Virus record (IMG/VR): IMGVR_UViG_3300034157_000065
Span: 96,001 to 160,000 of that record
Source: a virus
Taxonomy: Duplodnaviria > Caudoviricetes
Strand: one strand, 5' to 3'
DNA: 64,000 nucleotides
Position numbers and translations under genes: made by a program. The notes under the pieces were generated by a model. It had not been told where the DNA came from and did no database searches. It saw nothing but the letters and a program-made list of their open reading frames with translations. Shown here in pieces: positions 30,221 to 37,376 of this stretch (position 1 is the first letter of the stretch; the number at the start of each line of letters is the position of its first letter).

Positions 30221-30281
30221 TTGTTATCACAGCTTGTACGTGTTAAAATAGGGCATTGCATAAGCTTATTAGGTGAAAACA

Positions 30282-30431
30282 GTGCCCAAAATTTCTATCG
30301 AACAGATTCGCTCTGCCAACCAAAAACTCATCGCAGGTAAGGCTTGCGATGTTAAACCCTATTCAGATAAGCTTTCCAAACACGACATCAATGAGATGTT
30401 AAAGAAAGCTTTCTACTCAATCTCTCACTAA
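30282..30431 (+). CDS. Small protein (49 aa), not in ORF track
   Basis: AGGTG RBS, GTG start; MPKISIEQIRSANQKLIAGKACDVKPYSDKLSKHDINEMLKKAFYSISH. Confidence 0.55.
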   Translation: MPKISIEQIRSANQKLIAGKACDVKPYSDKLSKHDINEMLKKAFYSISH

Positions 30432-30443
30432 GTGGAGGTCACT

Positions 30444-30770
30444 ATGACCAAGCAAAAAGTTTTCGAATCTATTTTTAATGCCGAAGGTAATTTCGTGGTT
30501 CTTGGTTATGACCCTCATTATTGCCAAGTGGACAATCCAGCTCAGATGGCACTTCATCACATTCTTTTTGATGCTGACGGTAATCTCAATGAAGAACTGG
30601 ATGGCAACCTGACTGATGATATTCAAGACCTTGGCGAATATATTGAAGAACAGTCCAAAAACAACCCATCATTTGGTCCATTGTGTGATGCTGTTCATCT
30701 TTACTTTGCTGAGATGGCTTCCAGTGCTACCAACCAACAATATTCAGTGGCAAGTCTCTTTAAGCGTTAA
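30444..30770 (+). CDS. Hypothetical acidic protein
   Basis: GGAGG RBS before ATG 30444. Confidence 0.7.
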   Translation: MTKQKVFESIFNAEGNFVVLGYDPHYCQVDNPAQMALHHILFDADGNLNEELDGNLTDDIQDLGEYIEEQSKNNPSFGPLCDAVHLYFAEMASSATNQQYSVASLFKR

Positions 30771-30849
30771 CACTTATAGATCTCTTTATTTTTCAAGGCA
30801 TCTCGTGATGTCTTGATTAGCCATTAGAATTAAACCGCATGAGGATGAA

Positions 30850-31788
30850 TTGATGAAAGAAGCCTATTTCGAACAATTTGGTAAAATATTCTGTGATGAT
30901 CATGAAAATTTTATTCAACATTTAAAAGATACAAAATTTTATAAAGAAATTAAAAGCAAGAAATACAATAATAAGGATTTGAAATCTTATATTTCTAATA
31001 AAGAATATAATGGTGTCTCCTATATTATTCAATTGAGAAATACACCGTTCTCCAGTCCATTGACTATTTATTCAGGTAAATCTGATTATTTTACGTCTAA
31101 AAGTGAAGGTGGATCTACTCTTAGTCGATTGTTTTCTATTGATATGCGAGTTATTGATATTTCCAAAAATTTTGGGGTTATAGATGCGTTTAAAAAATTA
31201 GGGATTGAAGAATCACATGAAGTCCCCAATGTGCTTTCAGTCAGTGATATGGATGGCATGAAACAATTTTTTATTGATGCTAACTATGAGTTAGGTGTCA
31301 ATAATTTCGATAAACTCATTGAAGATTACAGTGAATATGATGACGAATTTCTGAGTAAGCTCAGTTTCATTTGTGATATGTATAGCCATAAAAAGTTTAG
31401 TAAAAAAATGATGTTAAATGACAGCTATCATTATATCAAATGTGATGTTGCAGATAAGGAAGTGTTTTCTTATTCCAATGATGCTTCGGATGACTACTTC
31501 TTTATTTTTGAACGAGACATCAATACAAAAAATATTCGTGTCTTCTTTGATTTCATGAGTAATGTTGATAAAGCAAAATTTAAGTTTTCAACCTGTGTGG
31601 TAGGCAATCATCCAAAAATTGTTCATGATTATTTGGAAAATAAAACACCTTGCTTTATTTCCACAGATGGCAATACAAAAGTTATTAAAAACACTCAAAC
31701 TTACCTGCTTGATGATATGGAATACATTGCTGCTAACTTAGCTGAACGCTTAAAAGTGAAATTACCATCTGAGTTCTCTATTTTTTGA
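30850..31788 (+). CDS. Hypothetical protein
   Basis: 312 aa ORF; GAGG RBS. Confidence 0.75.
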   Translation: MMKEAYFEQFGKIFCDDHENFIQHLKDTKFYKEIKSKKYNNKDLKSYISNKEYNGVSYIIQLRNTPFSSPLTIYSGKSDYFTSKSEGGSTLSRLFSIDMRVIDISKNFGVIDAFKKLGIEESHEVPNVLSVSDMDGMKQFFIDANYELGVNNFDKLIEDYSEYDDEFLSKLSFICDMYSHKKFSKKMMLNDSYHYIKCDVADKEVFSYSNDASDDYFFIFERDINTKNIRVFFDFMSNVDKAKFKFSTCVVGNHPKIVHDYLENKTPCFISTDGNTKVIKNTQTYLLDDMEYIAANLAERLKVKLPSEFSIF

Positions 31789-31819
31789 TGTCTACTTGAA
31801 AAAAAGATTAAAAAAGGTC

Positions 31820-31848
31820 TTGAATAAGGCTGAAAGGTTTGCTAGAAT
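31820..31848 (+). promoter_or_regulatory. Sigma70-like promoter of the RNA island
   Basis: TTGAAT-17-TAGAAT with TG extension; promoter-leader resembles that of tRNA-Cys. Confidence 0.7.
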
Positions 31849-31896
31849 GGCTACATTGAATGAGACGACAGCTTCAAAGTCACTCAGGATTGTAAC

Positions 31897-32021
31897 GCGG
31901 GTGTGTGAGTATAATAGGAGAGTTGGCCTTCCGTCCTTTGAAATATAAGGTTGCTCTACCGTTAAGGCGTGAGTGCCTTGCTACATCGGTAACGTAGGTT
32001 CAAGTCCTACCATCTGCACCA
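31897..32021 (+). ncRNA. Enlarged (125 nt) tRNA-like RNA ending in ACCA
   Basis: GCGGGTG/CATCTGC acceptor, T-arm GTAGG-TTCAAGT-CCTAC, ACCA; interior has two non-canonical stems instead of D and anticodon arms. Confidence 0.7.
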
Positions 32022-32159
32022 AATTGTTCTTGTTTTTAAAATGTTTTTATGCTACAATGATGTTGTTGTAAAGTTGAGAATTAATCGAAATGCTGGATCA
32101 TTTCCGTTAAAAGTAGGTGATTCAGGTAGACCTAGCTTATTCTCTTACTCTGAACCAAT

Positions 32160-32233
32160 CGGTGAAACGCTCAAATGGTGAGCAAATGGTGTTGTAACCA
32201 TACTCGTGGGTTCAAGTCCTACTTCACCGGCCA
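32160..32233 (+). tRNA. Atypical or pseudo-tRNA, anticodon undetermined (Asn-like G73)
   Basis: CGGTGAA/TTCACCG, D-arm GCTC/GAGC, T-arm GTGGG-TTCAAGT-CCTAC, GCCA; anticodon loop is 6 or 8 nt, never 7. Confidence 0.7.
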
Positions 32234-32286
32234 AATTGCTTGATTGTTGTGATGACTTGTGGTATAATCATCCCATCAAATGAATT

Positions 32287-32517
32287 CGGAGCCTTCGCCA
32301 TAGAGGGTTGGATAGCAGCGGTGTCGCGGGCAAGCTATCACGAAAGGTGAGAATCAACTCCCTTTCATAGTAATGAAGTGCATCAGAGCTGAGTTTTGCT
32401 CTTGATTAAAACGCTTGGGTGAAGCGGCCTTTATTACGAACTTGATTGTCAATTAGCGAAGGAATTATAGTCCTAGTGGCTATGATTAAAACGGTTAGGT
32501 GGACTGGCCTTCGTTAA
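32287..32517 (+). ncRNA. Unassigned structured RNA, copy 1 (two tandem three-way-junction modules)
   Basis: Homologous to 32582-32735 with compensatory changes; upstream TGGTATAAT. Confidence 0.75.
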
Positions 32518-32581
32518 GACCAAATTAAAAGATTGTTATTTACAGGTGGTTGATGTATAATAGCGGTCAGTTAAACGAATA

Positions 32582-32735
32582 CGGAGCAGCAGTTAAATGT
32601 TGCTGAATGGTAGCGGTGGTCGGGCGAGCCATTGTAAGAAGGAGAGGTGATTTCTTAGTCCCTCTCTTAGCAATAAGAGCATTGAGGGTGCTGTTTTCCT
32701 CGATTAAAACGGTTGGGCGAACCGGCTCTTGTTGC
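32582..32735 (+). ncRNA. Unassigned structured RNA, copy 2
   Basis: Same conserved loops (CGGAGC, AGCGGTG..CGGGCRA, GATTAAAACG, GGGYG) with covarying stems; upstream TATAAT. Confidence 0.75.
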
Positions 32736-32798
32736 AAACCCTATTCCAAAGAGTTGTCGATGACAGCTTTTTTCTTTTTAACAGTGATGGAGAGTGTC

Positions 32799-33011
32799 AT
32801 GATTGAGAATAACGAATTTGCAACTGAGTATGCTGGTCAGCTTGTTTTTTATATGACTGCTGAACAACGCCAAGCTGTCTTTGCTCATATTGAAACGTTG
32901 TTTGATAAAGACGCCATTGCTTGTATGAAGGCTGATGCTCAGCAGATTGTTGAAATGCGTGCAGATATGGATCGTCGTCTTGCGGAAATGGACGCAAAAA
33001 CCGCAGTATAA
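32799..33011 (+). CDS. Hypothetical protein (70 aa)
   Basis: GGAG RBS before ATG 32799; the longer upstream start overlaps the ncRNA. Confidence 0.65.
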   Translation: MIENNEFATEYAGQLVFYMTAEQRQAVFAHIETLFDKDAIACMKADAQQIVEMRADMDRRLAEMDAKTAV

Positions 33012-33026
33012 GCTACACCTTTTTAT

Positions 33027-33100
33027 TGCCGAATAATCTAGATGAATCAGGTAACTGTGTAATCTATGATGTCGTAGGCTAGATCCTACTTCGGCGGCCA
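33027..33100 (+). ncRNA. Degenerate tRNA-like element (74 nt, GCCA end)
   Basis: TGCCGAA/TTCGGCG acceptor, D-stem ATCT/AGGT, GTAGG/CCTAC T-stem with abnormal loop CTAGAT; no proper anticodon stem. Confidence 0.55.
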
Positions 33101-33103
33101 GAT

Positions 33104-33216
33104 TTGCTGTAGGCTCTTGTAGCCTGTCCGACCGGGTTGTGACCGGGCAGAACCAGACGGTTCCCGCTTTCGGGTGGAGTCGATAAGGCATAGGTAATCG
33201 GTTCCTATTGCAGCAA
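33104..33216 (+). ncRNA. Multibranch structured RNA of unknown family
   Basis: Closing stem TTGCTGTA/TGCAGCAA; inner CGAC/GTCG enclosing three hairpins, one with UUCG loop; ATAGG/CCTAT hairpin. Confidence 0.6.
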
Positions 33217-33308
33217 TGAAATTATTAACATTATTGAGAGAATATTATGCCTACATACGAGAGAATCTGGACACGATTATAAAATGTTAGCCCTAGGAGG
33301 GTCAAGTT

Positions 33309-33479
33309 ATGTCCAGAAGTGTAAAAGGTAGTAAAGGTGGTGGTTATGAATATTGGTCTAAAAGACCTATGTGCTATTCTTCTCCCGGTCGTTGGGCCAA
33401 ACAGAAGTGCCATCGCATTGAAAGACAGCAAGACAAAGATTTGATTAGATCTGAACTTAAAGATTGTCACGATCTTTAA
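33309..33479 (+). CDS. Small basic protein (56 aa), not in ORF track
   Basis: AGGAGG RBS; MSRSVKGSKGGGYEYWSKRPMCYSSPGRWAKQKCHRIERQQDKDLIRSELKDCHDL. Confidence 0.7.
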   Translation: MSRSVKGSKGGGYEYWSKRPMCYSSPGRWAKQKCHRIERQQDKDLIRSELKDCHDL

Positions 33480-33494
33480 TCGTTCAAACAGAGC

Positions 33495-33633
33495 AAGACC
33501 TGCATTAAGCGAAGACTGGCAGCTTGATACGGGAATTATACCGGCCCAGCGGTTTAGCAGAGCGATAGGAGTAATCCTTGACCGTAGAAGCAGTGATAAT
33601 CGGTGACTTGGTGGTGGAAATAGATTAACCACT
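33495..33633 (+). ncRNA. Putative structured RNA with possible pseudoknot
   Basis: CTGC/GCAG enclosing ATTAAGC/GCTTGAT, GGG/CCC and GCGGT/ACCGT with AGGA-GTAA-TCCT; loop TACCGG complementary to downstream TCGGTG. Confidence 0.5.
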
Positions 33634-33640
33634 TTAGTAT

Positions 33641-33670
33641 AAAAAAAAGACTTCTTCGGAAGTCTTTTTT
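33641..33670. terminator. Bidirectional intrinsic terminator (cUUCGg)
   Basis: A-run, gacttc-ttcg-gaagtc, T-run between convergent units. Confidence 0.85.
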
Positions 33671-33676
33671 GTTTCT

Positions 33677-34309
33677 TTACATTTTAAATTTTCTCTTGTT
33701 TTCACTTTTTGGCTTTGGTGTCTCTCTGTTGGCTAACAGGTTAATCCACTGAGTGTCTTCCCGGCCTTGTTTATCAGCCCCATGATACAATTTCACGTCA
33801 CCAAACAATTTCGAATCTTCAAGTATTTTTGATAATTCTGGTATGGTGTAGTAGCTGAAAAATCTTCCTTTTGGATCACTTGATTCACCTTCACCACTTT
33901 TGAAGCTGGCATAAATCTTTCCACCTTCCTTCATACTGTCAGCAATTTTCAATAATGTAGTTTTTAATTCTTCTTTGTTCAAATGAAGTAACGAAGCCAT
34001 ACACCACACACCATCAAATTCACCCTTCCAGTTTATTTCTGAGAAGTCTTTGTGTTCAACCTTTACACCAGAATTGCTTTTTGCTATTTCAACTAGTTCT
34101 TTGGAAGCATCCATGCCTTGCACATTGAAGCCAAGATTTTTGAAAGCAATTAAATCACGTCCTGAACCGCAACCCGCATCTAAGATCTTTGCATCAGCAG
34201 GCATATTCTTGGTAAATTCCTTGTGCAGATCGGATATGTCCAAGTTGATAGTGCTTTGAGCATACTCATCAGCATTCTTATTGTAGTAATCTATTGTCTC
34301 TTTATTCAT
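33677..34309 (-). CDS. Class I SAM-dependent methyltransferase
   Basis: ILDAGCGSGRD, GMDAS, FDGVWCMASLLHL. Confidence 0.9.
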   Translation of the reverse strand: MNKETIDYYNKNADEYAQSTINLDISDLHKEFTKNMPADAKILDAGCGSGRDLIAFKNLGFNVQGMDASKELVEIAKSNSGVKVEHKDFSEINWKGEFDGVWCMASLLHLNKEELKTTLLKIADSMKEGGKIYASFKSGEGESSDPKGRFFSYYTIPELSKILEDSKLFGDVKLYHGADKQGREDTQWINLLANRETPKPKSENKRKFKM

Positions 34310-34416
34310 AATTATCTGTCTTGTTGATTATTTACATTGTATCACATTTTTTTGTTGTTTAAAGTTGTGAGAAGTGCTATAATCTACGCATACAAACACA
34401 CAAAGGTGCTTTAACC

Positions 34417-34683
34417 ATGAAAAGTGAACGAGTTTCGGTTGATAACTATGTAGTTCGCTTCTACACTTCCGTAGAGGACGCACGAGATGCTGCAAAATAC
34501 GACCACATGCAAGTGTGCCAGTATGGTCAGGATAAACGTTTTGTTATCACCCCAGACAAAGATGTTGAACACCCAGAATTGATTGATACCACGGGCGTCA
34601 TTTTCAGCCAACGTTCGCAAGAAAATGATGGTCAGGTAAAGCTTTGGATGACTGAGTTTGTCGCTGAACTCACTGTTGTCTAA
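34417..34683 (+). CDS. Hypothetical protein
   Basis: TGCTATAAT promoter, AAGGTG RBS. Confidence 0.7.
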   Translation: MKSERVSVDNYVVRFYTSVEDARDAAKYDHMQVCQYGQDKRFVITPDKDVEHPELIDTTGVIFSQRSQENDGQVKLWMTEFVAELTVV

Positions 34684-34843
34684 GTAAGACCCGCTGGGGA
34701 GCGGCAGTAAGACCATTAGGAGCTGTTGTAAGAACCTCGCACATGAGAATGTCCGGGGTTTTTTGTTACCTATAAATAAGTAATGACATTTAAAAATACC
34801 TTTGATATACTGCAACCACACTAATGTATTCGGAGTAACTAAC

Positions 34844-35065
34844 ATGACCAGCAAACTTAACAAAAAAATTGATGAAGAAATGGCAACCTTTATGGCTAAG
34901 ATGGAAGCGGGATTCACGCCGGACGCTGCTTTCAAAGCAGTGCTTCGTAGACTTCTTAAAGAGCAAGATCGGGATACTCGCCATGCGTGTGCCGAAGCTG
35001 TTCTGCAGACTTATAGCACAGGTGAAGCTCATGATGCTTGTATAAATTGCAATACATTTGATTGA
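34844..35065 (+). CDS. Hypothetical protein
   Basis: GGAG RBS before ATG 34844; LLKEQDRDTRHACAEAV. Confidence 0.7.
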   Translation: MTSKLNKKIDEEMATFMAKMEAGFTPDAAFKAVLRRLLKEQDRDTRHACAEAVLQTYSTGEAHDACINCNTFD

Positions 35066-35182
35066 TATAAGCACACAAGATAATGTCTAGATTAAAAGAG
35101 CCGACGAAAGGCTCTTTTTTTCGTTTAGCCCTTTTATTTGTTAGTATTTGATATATAATAGTTGCAAACTAAGGAGTGTATT

Positions 35183-35866
35183 ATGTTTAAATTAATGGCG
35201 GTTCTTTTCTCGGGATTATTCCTTACTGGTTGTGCCGTTCATGACATCGGTAAAACATTGGACAGAAAGAAAGATAACTATTCCATTCTTGAAACTGTTT
35301 ATGAGCCACAAAATAATTTGAACTATGTCAGGTTTGAAAGTCGTAAAACAGATGGAACAGACACCTATTTTACTGTTTCCAGTGGCGTTCAGTGGAACGA
35401 TGATTATGTGGTCGCATTAAAAACGACTGAAAGCGAAAATGATAAATTTGCCTGTCTTGATGCATGTGGGGTTGTCTTTATCAAGAAACATAAAACAGCA
35501 CCCGTGCCTGAATGGCGTCACCGTGTCAGTAACGAGCCTGTTATTCTGTTAGGGGCTTCTGATGAAGTTGATGATACTTTCGTCTTTAAATCAATGGATA
35601 TCGATGTTTCGGCTATCAGTGCTGACATTACACCTTATCCAGTTTATGCTGTTCCCACACCGATTGTTGAGAATAATGCAGAAGGTGGCCCTGTTTATGG
35701 AACGGATGGTAAAGTGATTGGTATTATTTCTGGATTCGTTAACACTGTTGATGATACAGGTGAACGATTGACGTATCTAGATGGTTTTGACTCAGGTTAT
35801 TTCGCTTTGTATATTCCATACAGTGAATTGATTCGAGCGTGGGATTTAGTCAAACCTGTTAAATGA
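35183..35866 (+). CDS. Trypsin-fold lipoprotein, catalytic triad lost
   Basis: Lipobox LTGC; aligns with 22648-23229 (QWN..Y.V, EWR, GGPVY) but has VALKT, CGVVF and NAEGGPV. Confidence 0.75.
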   Translation: MFKLMAVLFSGLFLTGCAVHDIGKTLDRKKDNYSILETVYEPQNNLNYVRFESRKTDGTDTYFTVSSGVQWNDDYVVALKTTESENDKFACLDACGVVFIKKHKTAPVPEWRHRVSNEPVILLGASDEVDDTFVFKSMDIDVSAISADITPYPVYAVPTPIVENNAEGGPVYGTDGKVIGIISGFVNTVDDTGERLTYLDGFDSGYFALYIPYSELIRAWDLVKPVK

Positions 35867-35987
35867 TTAATCTGTATTTATTAAAGGACTATCAAGTCCT
35901 TTTTTATTGCCTGAATTTTGTTTTTTATTTACTTATTGAGTGCTTTATGGTATGATAAGCCATCTAAATCACTAGGTAATCGAGCAA

Positions 35988-36572
35988 ATGAACCCAATTC
36001 CATCCGATATCTACAAATCCATGATTCTTAGCAATCCTTCCATTCATAAGTGGCGTATGGATTGTTTGTTTACTATTTTCTTTGATTCGAAATCACCCTT
36101 TTCGTTCTCAGCAGATGGTCATATCGTGCCAGCCTTTGATTTGAAACCGAATAAAGCCATGAACCATGATCCTAAACCTTATGCGAAAACCTTGAAGGGT
36201 TCGAAGCTGTCTAAAAAAGAAATTTCCATTCGCAAAGAGTATGAACAAAAGCTTTGTCTTTTTATTGAAGCTAACATTGATGAGATTTCAAAATCTCCGG
36301 CTCATTTCAATGAACGTCATCGAAGCTATGATAACAACTATCCAGCAATCGTTATTACAAAAGACTCACTGTTTTTCAATTTGCCTAAAAAGGTTGCCCC
36401 TGTTTGGATTGAAGAACTAAAATTCATTGCTCAAAATGGTTCGGCAGCGTTGTGGAAAGAGTTTTGTGGTGAGTATGGTGCGACTGATGATGACACTATT
36501 TGGACAAGTCAAGAAGCTCATGATCTGCACCGGAAAATTTGGTCGATTGTTAAACAACTTGAGAAGGCATAA
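35988..36572 (+). CDS. Hypothetical protein (family A)
   Basis: Paralog of 15192-15770. Confidence 0.75.
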   Translation: MNPIPSDIYKSMILSNPSIHKWRMDCLFTIFFDSKSPFSFSADGHIVPAFDLKPNKAMNHDPKPYAKTLKGSKLSKKEISIRKEYEQKLCLFIEANIDEISKSPAHFNERHRSYDNNYPAIVITKDSLFFNLPKKVAPVWIEELKFIAQNGSAALWKEFCGEYGATDDDTIWTSQEAHDLHRKIWSIVKQLEKA

Positions 36573-36577
36573 TTAAT

Positions 36578-37216
36578 ATGACAACTGTACATGATTGTGT
36601 TAAAGATTCTATGATTAACTATAATTCAATTTTTTCCACTCGTTGGCATGTGCTTAAGCATGTATTCTTTTGTATTGGGACAGGCTATCAGTGGTCTGGC
36701 GATAGTATCTATTGCACCGCTCAAAGCTCTGACCGACGTTGGAAGGCAAGTCGCAAAGCACCACTTTCGGTTCGTGATTTCATGGTTTTTTTTGATGAAC
36801 AAGAAAGTAAACGAAAAAATAATAAAAATTATCCATTTCAAAAAGATGATGCTGTTGTTGCTTTGAATCGTAAATTTCTGGCATTTCATGCTAGTTTCTT
36901 GGTTGAGCATATAGATGAATTGGTTGACAACCAGATTGCTATCACTGATGATGATTTGCCTAAAAAAATTCACATTGATGGAGGCAATAGTTTGTTTTGG
37001 AATCCGCCAGAACAAATGGCAAAAGATTGGCGAGACGCTTTGGTCGATACCGGTACCATTATGTTGGAGCTTATCAAAAACCATTATGCTAATGGTGATG
37101 ACAGTGATACGGCTGTTTGGTCTTGCAAAGTGACCAAGAAAACTTACTTTCAAATGAAAGAACATGTTGAACTGGTCAAAACAAAAAAATATAAAGCTAA
37201 AAAGAAAAAAGCTTAA
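36578..37216 (+). CDS. Hypothetical protein (family B)
   Basis: Paralog of 15770-16354. Confidence 0.8.
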   Translation: MTTVHDCVKDSMINYNSIFSTRWHVLKHVFFCIGTGYQWSGDSIYCTAQSSDRRWKASRKAPLSVRDFMVFFDEQESKRKNNKNYPFQKDDAVVALNRKFLAFHASFLVEHIDELVDNQIAITDDDLPKKIHIDGGNSLFWNPPEQMAKDWRDALVDTGTIMLELIKNHYANGDDSDTAVWSCKVTKKTYFQMKEHVELVKTKKYKAKKKKA

Positions 37217-37376
37217 TCATTGAATATTAAAGGACTGCAAAGTCCTTTTTTGTTGCTTATTTTTTAGTTTTTAAAAAAGAGTGAGATAAATTTAAACTAT
37301 CCCATTAATACTTGATAGTTGATGAATTGATGTGGTAGTATACAGTCTACTTTTTAACTTATTAGGAGCAATCATA

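Noticed and set aside
31897-32021. Canonical tmRNA
   Set aside because: Only 125 nt, with no tag reading frame or pseudoknot series
32453-32517. Twister or pistol ribozyme
   Set aside because: The A-rich linker and GTCCT word are reminiscent, but the required pseudoknots and cleavage-site context could not be built in all three modules
32607-32798. N-terminal extension of ORF 32607-33011
   Set aside because: Overlaps the covarying RNA copy 2 and lacks an RBS; GGAG precedes ATG 32799
32778-33632. Minus-strand ORFs 32778-33191 and 33231-33632
   Set aside because: Antisense to structured RNAs and RBS-led plus-strand genes; open only because of local GC richness
33495-33633. Cobalamin riboswitch (words GGGAA, CAGCGGT, AAGACCTGC)
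   Set aside because: Elements are in the wrong order, the T-loop arm is missing and no gene lies downstream
33677-33730. Basic C-terminal tails (NKRKFKM; also NKNKGVFIA at 59676) as a sorting signal
   Set aside because: Only two loose examples in the window, not enough to support a motif
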